In this document: one piece after another, positions 28,529 to 37,271 of the stretch | Layout: every line of letters starts with the position of its first letter | Position numbering within the stretch: the stretch's first letter is position 1 | Assembly (NCBI GenBank): GCA_041591895.1 | Contig: JBFHRE010000002.1 | Location: 1-63,350 of the forward strand | Length of the DNA: 63,350 bases | Direction: 5' to 3' | Origin: Acidimicrobiia bacterium | GTDB lineage: Bacteria > Actinomycetota > Acidimicrobiia > Spongiisociales > ZC4RG35 | Made by a program: the position numbers and the translations under genes | Notes under the pieces: generated by a model | The model's input: the letters and a program-made list of their open reading frames with translations, nothing else | Databases searched by the model: none | What the model was told of the DNA's origin: nothing

Positions 28529-29907
28529 CCGACCACCGCGACGCTCTCTGGCTCGACAATCGGGCTCTGGGTCGCGAAAGAAGGGAGGGTCAACGTAAAG
28601 ACCGTCCAGCCATTCACCCTGCTGTAGTCGAGGCTCCCGCTCATCCGCATGGCGAGTTCCCTGCTGACGGCGAGGCCGAGCCCGACGCTTCCGGCCACCA
28701 ATGCCTCACGCCCTTGGTGGACGTATCGCTGGAAGGCCGACTCCGCCTTCTGGTCGGCCAGACCGGGACCGCTGTCCGCTACGACGAGGTGGGCTCGGGA
28801 GCCCGAAACCCGAGCCCCGATCGCGATTTCGTTCCCGCCGTGACGAACGGCGTTCGCGACCAGGTTGTGGACGATCTGCCGAACGTGGACCCGATCGGCG
28901 TAGACCTGGATCGGCGGTACTCGAACTTCGATCGACTCCCCCGCCTTGAGATACGGATGGACGATCGACTCCACCAGATCCGCCAGCCAGAACAGGTCCG
29001 ACTTCGAGGAGAGCGACCCTTCGTCGATCCGAGCCGCAGTGATGAGGTCGTTGACCATTCGCGACAAATCCGAAGAGTGGACGTGGATATACCCCAACAT
29101 CTCTGCAACATCGCCGGGAAGACGCGCGTCCTCGGCCAACACGTCAGAAAAGCCGAGGATCGTGGTGAGGGGAGTGCGTAGCTCATGCGAGAGCCCGGAG
29201 ATGAACTCGTCTTTGGCTTCTCGAAGCGACCTCTCGGCTTCAAGCCGCATTCCCAACTCCAGTTCCCGCATGCGCAAACGCCTTCTCAGTACCCACCAGA
29301 AGACGAGCATCGTCATCGCCGGGATGATGAAGGTTATGGCGAGCTGCGTGATACGAGCGATCCGACCACCTGCGGCCTGTGAGTCGGCGATGGTGGCTGC
29401 CAGGACCGTCTGACGCGCCGCGAGCCGTTGATCGACTCGTCGGAAGAGCGGTTCGAATTCGGTGAGTCTGTCGTGTTCGGCTGCAACCGGATCCCCGGAT
29501 TCCGACTCGGCGAGGATCGATCGGCCCAACGCGACCAGTTCTCGAACCTCCTCCACAGAAGCCTCACTCGGAACATCGGGAGCGGAAGCCAGCCTCTCGA
29601 CCTTGTCGAGGTTGTCCAACGCCTCCGCCAAAGCGGCGTTCTTCGCCTCTGAGCTCGAAACTCCCACCCTCTCGTCGAAGGCAAAGAAGACCGCCTGAGC
29701 CACAGACGCGCGAGCGATCCCGGCGGATCCCAGGGTGGCGTTCGTCCAGTGCAGCGCGCTGGCGTTGGCCGCCACCTGGGAAGCGCTGAACGAACTCGAG
29801 AACGAAATGCCGATCCCAACCATCGCCGCGGCTGCGACGACCGACAGAAGCACGAGCGTAAGCGGACCCAGCCATCCCGACCGGGTCGGAGTCATCCTCG
29901 AGTTCAT
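28525..29907 (-). CDS. sensor histidine kinase (two TM, extracytoplasmic loop, HisKA, HATPase_c)
   Basis: H-box FISGLSHELRTPLTTILGF, N-box HNLVANAVRH, G-box ADSGPGL...GLGLAV. Confidence 0.85.
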   Translation of the reverse strand: MNSRMTPTRSGWLGPLTLVLLSVVAAAAMVGIGISFSSSFSASQVAANASALHWTNATLGSAGIARASVAQAVFFAFDERVGVSSSEAKNAALAEALDNLDKVERLASAPDVPSEASVEEVRELVALGRSILAESESGDPVAAEHDRLTEFEPLFRRVDQRLAARQTVLAATIADSQAAGGRIARITQLAITFIIPAMTMLVFWWVLRRRLRMRELELGMRLEAERSLREAKDEFISGLSHELRTPLTTILGFSDVLAEDARLPGDVAEMLGYIHVHSSDLSRMVNDLITAARIDEGSLSSKSDLFWLADLVESIVHPYLKAGESIEVRVPPIQVYADRVHVRQIVHNLVANAVRHGGNEIAIGARVSGSRAHLVVADSGPGLADQKAESAFQRYVHQGREALVAGSVGLGLAVSRELAMRMSGSLDYSRVNGWTVFTLTLPSFATQSPIVEPESVAVVG

Positions 29908-30140
29908 ATGGAATGTTGTCGGCTTGAACCGGCCTGGCCTTAATCCCCGAGCGGCTGCCGTGGCGCCAAACGCCCGGCAAGAACACGTCCGGAGCCACGA
30001 TCACCGGAGCGGCTGACGCCGCTGCCGCCCAGATCCGGAATCCGTCCGACGAAGCGACGGACTCGAGGCATCTTCCTCGAGGGAAAACGCGTCGAGGTGT
30101 CCGTGGCGTTGTGACGAGCCGAGGGCTCTCGAGCTGGTCA

Positions 30141-30168
30141 CGGGCAGCCGGCAGCCGTAGCCGGTAGC
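30141..30168 (-). repeat. second copy of the 7-bp (GCTRCCR)n repeat, 4 copies
   Basis: Minus strand reads gctaccg gctacgg ctgccgg ctgcccg, beginning 14 nt after the stop codon of the ABC ATPase gene. Confidence 0.7.
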
Positions 30169-30182
30169 GAGCGGCCGAAGGC

Positions 30183-30938
30183 TCACAGAACCGCTTCGAT
30201 GAACCTCCGCGTTTCGTCGAACTTGGGTCGGCTGAAGACCTCGTCCGGCGGGCCCTGCTCGAGGATCACCCCTTCGTGGAAGAAGACGATCCGGTCGGAC
30301 ACCTCGCGGGCGAATGCCATCTCGTGGGTAACGATGATCATTGTCTTGTGGAATTTGGTGGCGAGTTCCTTGATCACGGCGAGTACCTCGCCGGTCAGTT
30401 CAGGATCCAAGGCCGAGGTGGGCTCATCGAAGAGCAGCACGTCCGGTTCCATCGCCAACGCCCGGGCGATCGCCACCCGCTGCTTCTGACCACCTGACAG
30501 GCGGATCGGGTGCTCGTCGGCCTTCGCTGCCATCCCCACCTGTTCCAGGTACTTCATCGCCATCGGCCGGGCCGCATCGGGGTCGATCTTCTTGACCGTC
30601 ACCGGAGCCTCCATCACGTTGCCCAAGGCAGTCATGTGGGGGAACAACTGGAAGTCCTGGAAGACCATCCCGGCGTGGAGACGCAATGTCCGGATCACCT
30701 CTCGCTTGGCCCGGGTTCGGTGACCGCCGGACAACCTGATCCCGGCCACCTCGATGGTCCCCTGGCTGGGATCCTCGAGGAAGTTGATGCATCGCAACAG
30801 GGTGCTCTTGCCCGACCCCGACCGGCCGCAGATCACCACCACCTCTCCCTTGAAGACCTCCAGGTCGACGCCCCGGATCACATGGAGCGAACCGAACCAC
30901 TTGTGGAGACCTTCGGTGCGGACGAGCGCCTCAGCCAT
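30183..30938 (-). CDS. amino-acid ABC transporter ATP-binding protein
   Basis: GRSGSGKSTLLRCIN Walker A, LSGGQKQRVAIARALA signature, LLFDEPTSALD Walker B. Start at ATG 30938 (MAEALVRTEGLHKWFG). Confidence 0.9.
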   Translation of the reverse strand: MAEALVRTEGLHKWFGSLHVIRGVDLEVFKGEVVVICGRSGSGKSTLLRCINFLEDPSQGTIEVAGIRLSGGHRTRAKREVIRTLRLHAGMVFQDFQLFPHMTALGNVMEAPVTVKKIDPDAARPMAMKYLEQVGMAAKADEHPIRLSGGQKQRVAIARALAMEPDVLLFDEPTSALDPELTGEVLAVIKELATKFHKTMIIVTHEMAFAREVSDRIVFFHEGVILEQGPPDEVFSRPKFDETRRFIEAVL

Positions 30939-31791
30939 GGGCAGCCGCCTTGACCGGGTTCTGACCCTCGCGGACGTAGCCGGTGGCAAGCTTGCGCTCG
31001 AGTCTTCCCTGGAAATGGGTGAAGATCGTCGTCAGCACCCAGTAGAGACCAGCTGACACGATGAACGCCTCGAGGTTTCGGTTGTCGGCCCTACCCAGCA
31101 ACTGGGCCTTCCGGAAGATCTCGAGCTGGGAGGCAGTCGCGCCCAAGAAGCTGACCAGTGCGGTGTCCTTCATCATGGCGATGAATTCGTTACCGGTTGG
31201 CGGGATGATGACCCGGACCGCCTGCGGCAGCACCACTCGCCTCATGGTCTGGGCGTACGTCATGCCCAACGACTCGGCCGCCTCCGTCTGCCCACCACTC
31301 ACGGCCTGGATGCCGGCCCGGAAGATCTCGGTCATGTACGCGCCGTAGTTGAGACCGAGCGCCAGGATCCCGGCCGGGACCGCGTCCAGGATCAGGAGTT
31401 CCGCCAACCAGGGCGGACCCGCTCGACCCATTTGGGGCAGAGCGAAGTAGATCAGGAACATCTGCACGATCAGAGGCGTCCCACGGAAGAACGAGGTGTA
31501 GAAACCGGCGAGACCGAAGGCGATCGGATTCTTCGAAAGCCGCCCCAGCGCCCCCAACAACGCCAGGATGATTGCCAGGACGATGGCGCTTACGGCGATG
31601 ATGATCGTCACCCTCACCCCGGTGACGATGAACCCGACGTTCTCGAGCATCCAGTCGGTGTCGAAGCGGGCCAGCCCGAAGACGATCGCGACCAACCCGA
31701 GGATCGCGATCCAGACCGCGCTCAGCTTGTAGCGGAACGGGATGGAGGCGCTCCTGAGAGCGAGCGCCTCCATCCTCGCCTCGCGACTCAT
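30931..31791 (-). CDS. amino-acid ABC transporter permease
   Basis: ATG 31791 overlaps the SBP stop (ATGA). FRGTPLIVQMFLIYF and the EAAESLGM...R.VVLPQA EAA-loop motif. Confidence 0.85.
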   Translation of the reverse strand: MSREARMEALALRSASIPFRYKLSAVWIAILGLVAIVFGLARFDTDWMLENVGFIVTGVRVTIIIAVSAIVLAIILALLGALGRLSKNPIAFGLAGFYTSFFRGTPLIVQMFLIYFALPQMGRAGPPWLAELLILDAVPAGILALGLNYGAYMTEIFRAGIQAVSGGQTEAAESLGMTYAQTMRRVVLPQAVRVIIPPTGNEFIAMMKDTALVSFLGATASQLEIFRKAQLLGRADNRNLEAFIVSAGLYWVLTTIFTHFQGRLERKLATGYVREGQNPVKAAAHG

Positions 31792-32669
31792 CCGACTGTC
31801 TTCGTGAGGTCCGCTCCGTACCACTTCATCGACAACTCGGTGAGGGTCCCGTCGGCATGCATCGCCTCCATGATCCGCGTGACCTCGGCCAGGAGGCTCT
31901 CCCCGTCGAGGCTCGACGACTTGTCGAATGCCACCGCCAGCGGTTCGTAGAACACCGGGTCGCCAACGATCTTGATCGGCAGGCCGTCGGCGATGGCGCC
32001 CTCGATGGTCGGGGTAGCCGAGATGGCAGCGTCGAGCCGGGACCCGTCGCCGACCGCCAGGTCGGCCAGCACCGTGGAGTCGGTGTCGTAGGTGACGATC
32101 TCGGCATCGTCGATCACGAAGTCGAAGGTGTACCCGGGGATCTCCAGAACCTTCTGCAGGAACAGGTCGTATGTGCATCCGCCGCATGCGCCAACCTTCT
32201 TCCCGTCCAGGTCGGAGGCCACGTCGACCACCGACGTGTTGTCGGCGTGCACGGCCACCGATGCCGGGGTGAAGTAGTAGGCAGGGGCGAAGTTCAAGAC
32301 CTCCGCTCGTTCGGTGGTGACGGTCATCGAGCCCACGCTCATCTGCCAGCGATCACCCCAATTGCCGGATGTGATCGCCTCCCAGGCGGGCGTCTCCCAC
32401 TCCACTGTCACCCCGAGCCGGGATGCGATCTCATTGGCGACGTCGATGTCGAACCCCTCGTACTCGTTGGTCTCCGGGTTCAACTCCGACTGCGGCGGGT
32501 ATGCGGGGTCGGTGGATACGACTATCACCCCGTCGGCCTGGATCTTGCCCAGCAGGTCAAGGGGCACCGTCGTACCAGGGGCAACGGTGGTGCCGGTCGT
32601 GCCACCACCACAGGCGGCGGCCAGCATCAACAACGCGCCCAGGACGGACGCGGTGCGGATTTTCGACAT
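31788..32669 (-). CDS. amino-acid ABC transporter substrate-binding lipoprotein
   Basis: Lipobox LMLAAAC. AGGAGG lies 5 nt upstream of the ATG. Type-3 SBP-like features (GFDIDVANEIA). Confidence 0.85.
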   Translation of the reverse strand: MSKIRTASVLGALLMLAAACGGGTTGTTVAPGTTVPLDLLGKIQADGVIVVSTDPAYPPQSELNPETNEYEGFDIDVANEIASRLGVTVEWETPAWEAITSGNWGDRWQMSVGSMTVTTERAEVLNFAPAYYFTPASVAVHADNTSVVDVASDLDGKKVGACGGCTYDLFLQKVLEIPGYTFDFVIDDAEIVTYDTDSTVLADLAVGDGSRLDAAISATPTIEGAIADGLPIKIVGDPVFYEPLAVAFDKSSSLDGESLLAEVTRIMEAMHADGTLTELSMKWYGADLTKTVG

Positions 32670-32927
32670 GAATCCTCCTATTGATGACGCTCACGATGCT
32701 ACGACTCCGGGACCGATCGCGCCGGGCCGAGAGAGAGCGCGAAAAGCCTGGTAAGCGAGCCGCGGATACACGACAGAAGCCGTTCTGGCTCTCTACGATC
32801 CGGTGGTCCAAAGGAGAGGGCAGTCTGACCGTCGACATCTTCAACGAACGACTGCTCCGACTGCCCCAGATCGGGGAGACGACGACGCTGACCTTCCCGC
32901 CGCACGCCTGCTGGATCCCGTCCTGAG

Positions 32928-33641
32928 GTGTTGACCCTCGGCGTCGGTCAGGCCCGGTTCGCAGTGGAAGCGGTGATCTTCGACAAGGACGGGACGCTGA
33001 TCGATCTGGCTGCCTCCTGGTCTCCCGCCGGACGGGCCTTCATCGAAATCGTGACCCGACGGGACGAGGTCCTCATGCGCAGACTGGGTACTGCGATCGG
33101 CGTGGAGGACGGCGAGATCGTCCCCGATGGGGTCATGGCTTCGGGCATCCTGGCGGATCTCGTCGAGGTCACCCGGAGCACCCTTGGCTCACTCGGCGCC
33201 TCGCCGAGCCCCGAACTCCTCGAGCGCGCGGTGGGGGTCGCTACCCAGGTCGCTGCCGACATCGTCGTTCCAATCGGAGACGTCTCCCAGGTCATCGCCG
33301 GCCTTCGAGTCGCCGGTCTGGGGATCGGGATCACGACGAGCGACGATCGTCAGCCCACTCTCACGACGCTGGAACAATTGGGCCTCGCGGAACTCGTCGA
33401 CGTGGTGGTGGCCGGGGACGATGGTTTCCCGCCCAAGCCCGCACCCGATCCTCTGCTCGAGGCGACCCGATCCCTGGGAGTCAGCCCCTCGGCGGCGTTG
33501 TACGTGGGCGACTCTGCCGTCGACCTCGCCGCCGGCCGAGCAGCCGGGTTCGCAGGTGTGGTGGTCGTCGGCGAAGGCCGAGCCGGGTCGGAGGCGGATG
33601 CAGTGATTGCATCGATCGAAGAGCTGGAAGTGATGAGGTAG
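32928..33641 (+). CDS. HAD-superfamily hydrolase
   Basis: Motif I VIFDKDGTLID. Motif III/IV ...YVGDSAVDLAAGRAAG. Confidence 0.8.
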   Translation: MLTLGVGQARFAVEAVIFDKDGTLIDLAASWSPAGRAFIEIVTRRDEVLMRRLGTAIGVEDGEIVPDGVMASGILADLVEVTRSTLGSLGASPSPELLERAVGVATQVAADIVVPIGDVSQVIAGLRVAGLGIGITTSDDRQPTLTTLEQLGLAELVDVVVAGDDGFPPKPAPDPLLEATRSLGVSPSAALYVGDSAVDLAAGRAAGFAGVVVVGEGRAGSEADAVIASIEELEVMR

Positions 33642-33666
33642 GACGTCCCCCTGACAGCGGTGACAG

Positions 33667-34497
33667 CTATGCCAGTGCGATCAGAAATGCACCGCCGACC
33701 GCCCCGAGCACGGCCGCGAGGTTGAGCCCGCTCACGGACTCTCCCAGAAACCTCCGCCCGACCAACACCCCGAGCACGACCGAGGTCTCGCGTACGGCGG
33801 ACACCAGCCCGACCGGCGCCATCACCGCGGCGGTCATCACGAGCAGATACCCGGACCCGCTGCCGAGCCCTCCTACGACCGATCGCATCGGCTCCGTGCG
33901 AAGCCGGTTTCCAATCGCCCCCACCCCCCGAACTCTCGCAACATAGAGACCGAACAACAACGCGTGCACCACGAACACCCCTGCCACCACCGGGGGAGCC
34001 GAGCCTTGAAGCCGCGACGCGGCGGCATCGATGGTCGTATAGACGGCGATCGCACCGCCGGTGGCGATCGCCCACCAAACACCCTCTCTGCGCCTCCGAG
34101 CTATCGACAGCAGCACCAGAGAACCCGCCACCACCGCAACGCCAACTGCTCCTGGAACGCTCACGCTGTCCCCCAACAGGCCGACGCCGGCTCCGGTGAT
34201 CAGCAAGGGACTCGTTCCGCGAGCGAGCGGGTAGACGAATGACATGTCCCCGGCCTCGTAGGCGCGGGCGAGCACGATCATGTAGACGGTCTGAACGACG
34301 CCGGAGATCAGGACAAGGCCGATGACACGCCGGTCGGGGAGGCCGGTCACCGCGAGGACCGGCAACGCGAGCACCGCGGCCCCACCAGACACCGTGAATG
34401 CCGCCACCAGGCGGTCGGGGCTCGCCTTGACCACGAGATTCCAGATGACGTGGAGCACCGCAGCCGCGAGTGCCAGTCCGAAGGCGAGAGGATGCAC
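33667..34497 (-). CDS. EamA/DMT-family transporter
   Basis: About 10 hydrophobic helices in 276 aa, with an N-terminus of the LAAAVLHVIWNLVVK type. Confidence 0.75.
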   Translation of the reverse strand: MHPLAFGLALAAAVLHVIWNLVVKASPDRLVAAFTVSGGAAVLALPVLAVTGLPDRRVIGLVLISGVVQTVYMIVLARAYEAGDMSFVYPLARGTSPLLITGAGVGLLGDSVSVPGAVGVAVVAGSLVLLSIARRRREGVWWAIATGGAIAVYTTIDAAASRLQGSAPPVVAGVFVVHALLFGLYVARVRGVGAIGNRLRTEPMRSVVGGLGSGSGYLLVMTAAVMAPVGLVSAVRETSVVLGVLVGRRFLGESVSGLNLAAVLGAVGGAFLIALA

Positions 34498-34506
34498 GGC
34501 CGGATG

Positions 34507-35094
34507 CTACGGGCTTCCGGCAGCAGTGGGAGTCGCGATGGTTCGGCCGCCTCGAACGAGTGACACGGCGATGACGGCCCCGATGAGATTGGCGATCAAG
34601 TCGAGCATGTTGTTTCCGTAGTCGCCCACGTTGGTGCTCTCGAAGATGATCGAACCGAGATACTCGACGATCTCCACCAGCGAACCGGCCCCGGCCGCCA
34701 TGAGCACCGCAGCGAATCGCACCGAAGCCTGGGGTCGCCCGGTCCATCGGGAGATCGCCTCCAACGACGCCCAGGCCGCCACGCCTGTGGCGGCGGCATG
34801 GAACGGTTTGTCGTACCGAATGTCTCCAACCAGCTTCAAGACATAGAGCGTGTCTCCCCGCACGAGCAGCACACCACCAGCGAGGTTTCCGACCGCCACC
34901 CCGGCCAGACCCCACATCACCCCGGGGGAGAACCGAGCGCTTCTGTGGATGAGGACAACGACACCGGCAACCACCACCGTGATCGGGACGTAGTAGGCGA
35001 CGAACGGGCTGCCCACCGCCACGCCGTACGCGCCGAACGCGGCGGTGATCGCCATCACGACCGCCGTCACGAATCCTGCCGATTCCATCCTCAT
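34507..35094 (-). CDS. membrane protein (YjdF/DUF2238-like?)
   Basis: Hydrophobic helices plus YDKPFH and GNNMLDLIANLIGAV motifs. Start chosen at ATG 35094 to avoid overlapping recG. Family assignment is weak. Confidence 0.45.
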   Translation of the reverse strand: MRMESAGFVTAVVMAITAAFGAYGVAVGSPFVAYYVPITVVVAGVVVLIHRSARFSPGVMWGLAGVAVGNLAGGVLLVRGDTLYVLKLVGDIRYDKPFHAAATGVAAWASLEAISRWTGRPQASVRFAAVLMAAGAGSLVEIVEYLGSIIFESTNVGDYGNNMLDLIANLIGAVIAVSLVRGGRTIATPTAAGSP

Positions 35095-35105
35095 GCTCGT
35101 CCTCC

Positions 35106-37262
35106 CTAGCTGACGAACAACCACTCGACGGCTTCGCCGAGCATCAGCCTCACCTCTTCGCGAAGTTCGGTGTGTGCCGCGAGCACGGGGTCGGCGGCGA
35201 CCAGGTCGAACGCCTCCTTTCTCGCCTCGGCGAGGAGGTCGGCGTCACGGAGGATGTTCGCCACCCTCAGATCGCCGCGACCTGATTGACGAGCTCCGAA
35301 CACGGTTCCCGACCCCCGCAACTCCAGGTCTACCTCCGCCAGCCGGAAGCCATCATCGGTTTCAACCATGGCGGCGATCCGGGCCTCCCCGTCCTCGGTG
35401 GTCGGGTCGGCGATCAAGATGCAATAGCCGGCGTGGACCCCGCGTCCGACTCGGCCCCGCAGCTGATGGAGCTGGCTGAGACCGAAGCGATCGGCGTCTT
35501 CGATCACCATCACGGTGGCGTTTGGGACATCCACGCCGACCTCGATGACCGTCGTCGCCACCAGGATGTCGATCATCCCGGTGCGGAATCCGTCCATGAC
35601 CGCTGCCTTGTCCCGCGGGTTGAGTTGACCGTGCAGCAGCCCGAGCCGGAGTTCGGCAAAAACAGACTCCAGACGTTCGAACTCGGCCGTCGCCGACGTC
35701 AACTCCAGCTTGGTGGACTCTTCGACGAGCGGACACACCACGTAGGCCTGCCGTCCGGCCGCCACCTCGCCCCTGATTCGTTCCCACGCCCGATCCTCCT
35801 GACTTCGATTGAATGCAGTGGTGGTGATCGGAGTTCGACCGGGTGGGAGTTCGTCGATTATGGAGACATCGAGGTCCCCATAGAGGGTCATCGACAGGGT
35901 CCTGGGGATGGGCGTGGCCGTCATGATCAGCAGGTCGGGCTCGGCGACATCGCCTTTCCCCCTCAACTCCTGCCTCTGGAGAGCCCCAAAGCGGTGCTGC
36001 TCGTCAACCACCGCCACACCCAGCTTCGCAAATGAGACACCCTCCTGGATCAGCGCGTGAGTACCGACGACGAGATCGATGCTGCCGTCTGAGATCCAGC
36101 CCAAGATCTCACCGCGGCGCGCATCGGCGAAGTTGGTCTCGGCCTGGGATGAGGTGAGCAGGGCGACTCTCACAGACGGGCGCCCCTCGTCAAACAGCGA
36201 CTCCATCCCGAGCTCCGAGTCACCCCATTCCGGCGTGAGACCGGCCAGATCGATCAGAGAGCCCATGGACAGGAAGTGCTGGGTTGCCAGAACTTCGGTC
36301 GGCGCCATCACCGCCGCCTGCCATCCGCCCTGGATTCCGGCCAACAGCGTGGCCAAGGCGACCACGGTCTTCCCCGAACCGACCTCACCTTGGAGCAACC
36401 TGTGCATCGGGTGGCTGCGGCCCAGATCGTCGGCGATCTCACCGAGCACCTTGTGCTGCGCGCCGGTCAGTTGGTAGGGCAGGCCGGAGAGAAACGTCTC
36501 GACGAGCGCTCCCTCCATCGAATGCTCGACTCCGACGGCAGTGCGCTCCTGGTGGGCCTTGGCGAGTGCCAGCGACAGCTCGAGGCGGAACAGCTCGTCG
36601 AAGGCGAGGCGGCGACGCGCCGGGCCGACATCGTCCAGCGACTCGGGGAAGTGAATGTCGGCGAACGCCTGGTCGCGATCGGCCAGGCGGAGCCGGCCCG
36701 TGATCCTGGGCGGCAGCGGATCGGGAATCGGACGGGAGCGGGACACGGCGTTGTGCATCGCCCGACGCATCCACCCGGGACTCACCTCACCGACCGCAGG
36801 ATGGATCGGCACCACTCGACCGGTACGGAGAGCTTCGGCGTCTCCGGAGAGGACATCCACCTCCGGCGCGTTCATCTGCGGATTGCCTCGAAACCGCTCC
36901 ACCTTGCCGGACAATGCAACTTCGGCTCCGGGCTGGAGCTGCCGTTCTCGGAACTGCTGGTTGAACCACACGACCTTGAGCGGAGCCGATCCGTCGGACA
37001 CCCGTGCTTCGGTGATCGTCAGACCCCGCCGAGGCCGCCGGGTCGAGATCGACACGACGGTGGCGATAACGGTCAACTCCTCGCCCACCGGCAGCACCGA
37101 GATCGGCTCAACCCTGGAGCGGTCGATATACCGACGGGGGACGTGGTGAAGCAAGTCGGCGACCGTCTCGATCCCGGCCTTGCGGAGCGCCGCAGACCGT
37201 CGGCCCGCCAGCCCTGACACCCGGTCGATCGAGGTTTCAGCCAGCCTGGCGAGCGTTGCCAT
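35106..37262 (-). CDS. recG: ATP-dependent DNA helicase RecG
   Basis: Wedge/OB N-terminus. LLQGEVGSGKTVVA Walker A, VVDEQHRFG DEQH box, TATPIPRTL, HGQL..RDK. Confidence 0.95.
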   Translation of the reverse strand: MATLARLAETSIDRVSGLAGRRSAALRKAGIETVADLLHHVPRRYIDRSRVEPISVLPVGEELTVIATVVSISTRRPRRGLTITEARVSDGSAPLKVVWFNQQFRERQLQPGAEVALSGKVERFRGNPQMNAPEVDVLSGDAEALRTGRVVPIHPAVGEVSPGWMRRAMHNAVSRSRPIPDPLPPRITGRLRLADRDQAFADIHFPESLDDVGPARRRLAFDELFRLELSLALAKAHQERTAVGVEHSMEGALVETFLSGLPYQLTGAQHKVLGEIADDLGRSHPMHRLLQGEVGSGKTVVALATLLAGIQGGWQAAVMAPTEVLATQHFLSMGSLIDLAGLTPEWGDSELGMESLFDEGRPSVRVALLTSSQAETNFADARRGEILGWISDGSIDLVVGTHALIQEGVSFAKLGVAVVDEQHRFGALQRQELRGKGDVAEPDLLIMTATPIPRTLSMTLYGDLDVSIIDELPPGRTPITTTAFNRSQEDRAWERIRGEVAAGRQAYVVCPLVEESTKLELTSATAEFERLESVFAELRLGLLHGQLNPRDKAAVMDGFRTGMIDILVATTVIEVGVDVPNATVMVIEDADRFGLSQLHQLRGRVGRGVHAGYCILIADPTTEDGEARIAAMVETDDGFRLAEVDLELRGSGTVFGARQSGRGDLRVANILRDADLLAEARKEAFDLVAADPVLAAHTELREEVRLMLGEAVEWLFVS

Positions 37263-37271
37263 CGATCCGGC

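Noticed and set aside
30001-30186. 61-aa ORF whose GTG overlaps the ABC ATPase stop (GTGA), which suggests a coupled small gene.
   Set aside because: The peptide is junk-like (R/S-rich). Its N-terminus is encoded by the 7-bp microsatellite, which cannot be under coding constraint. Third-position G+C is only about 75 percent.
33350-34915. Long antisense or alternative-frame ORFs such as 33350..34915, 1150..2013, 4741..6009, 5957..7324, 14360..15472, 52910..54403 and 27246..28559 (upstream part).
   Set aside because: These are typical high-GC shadow ORFs opposite or overlapping genes with clear family motifs. The translations are Arg/Gly/Pro-rich without motifs.
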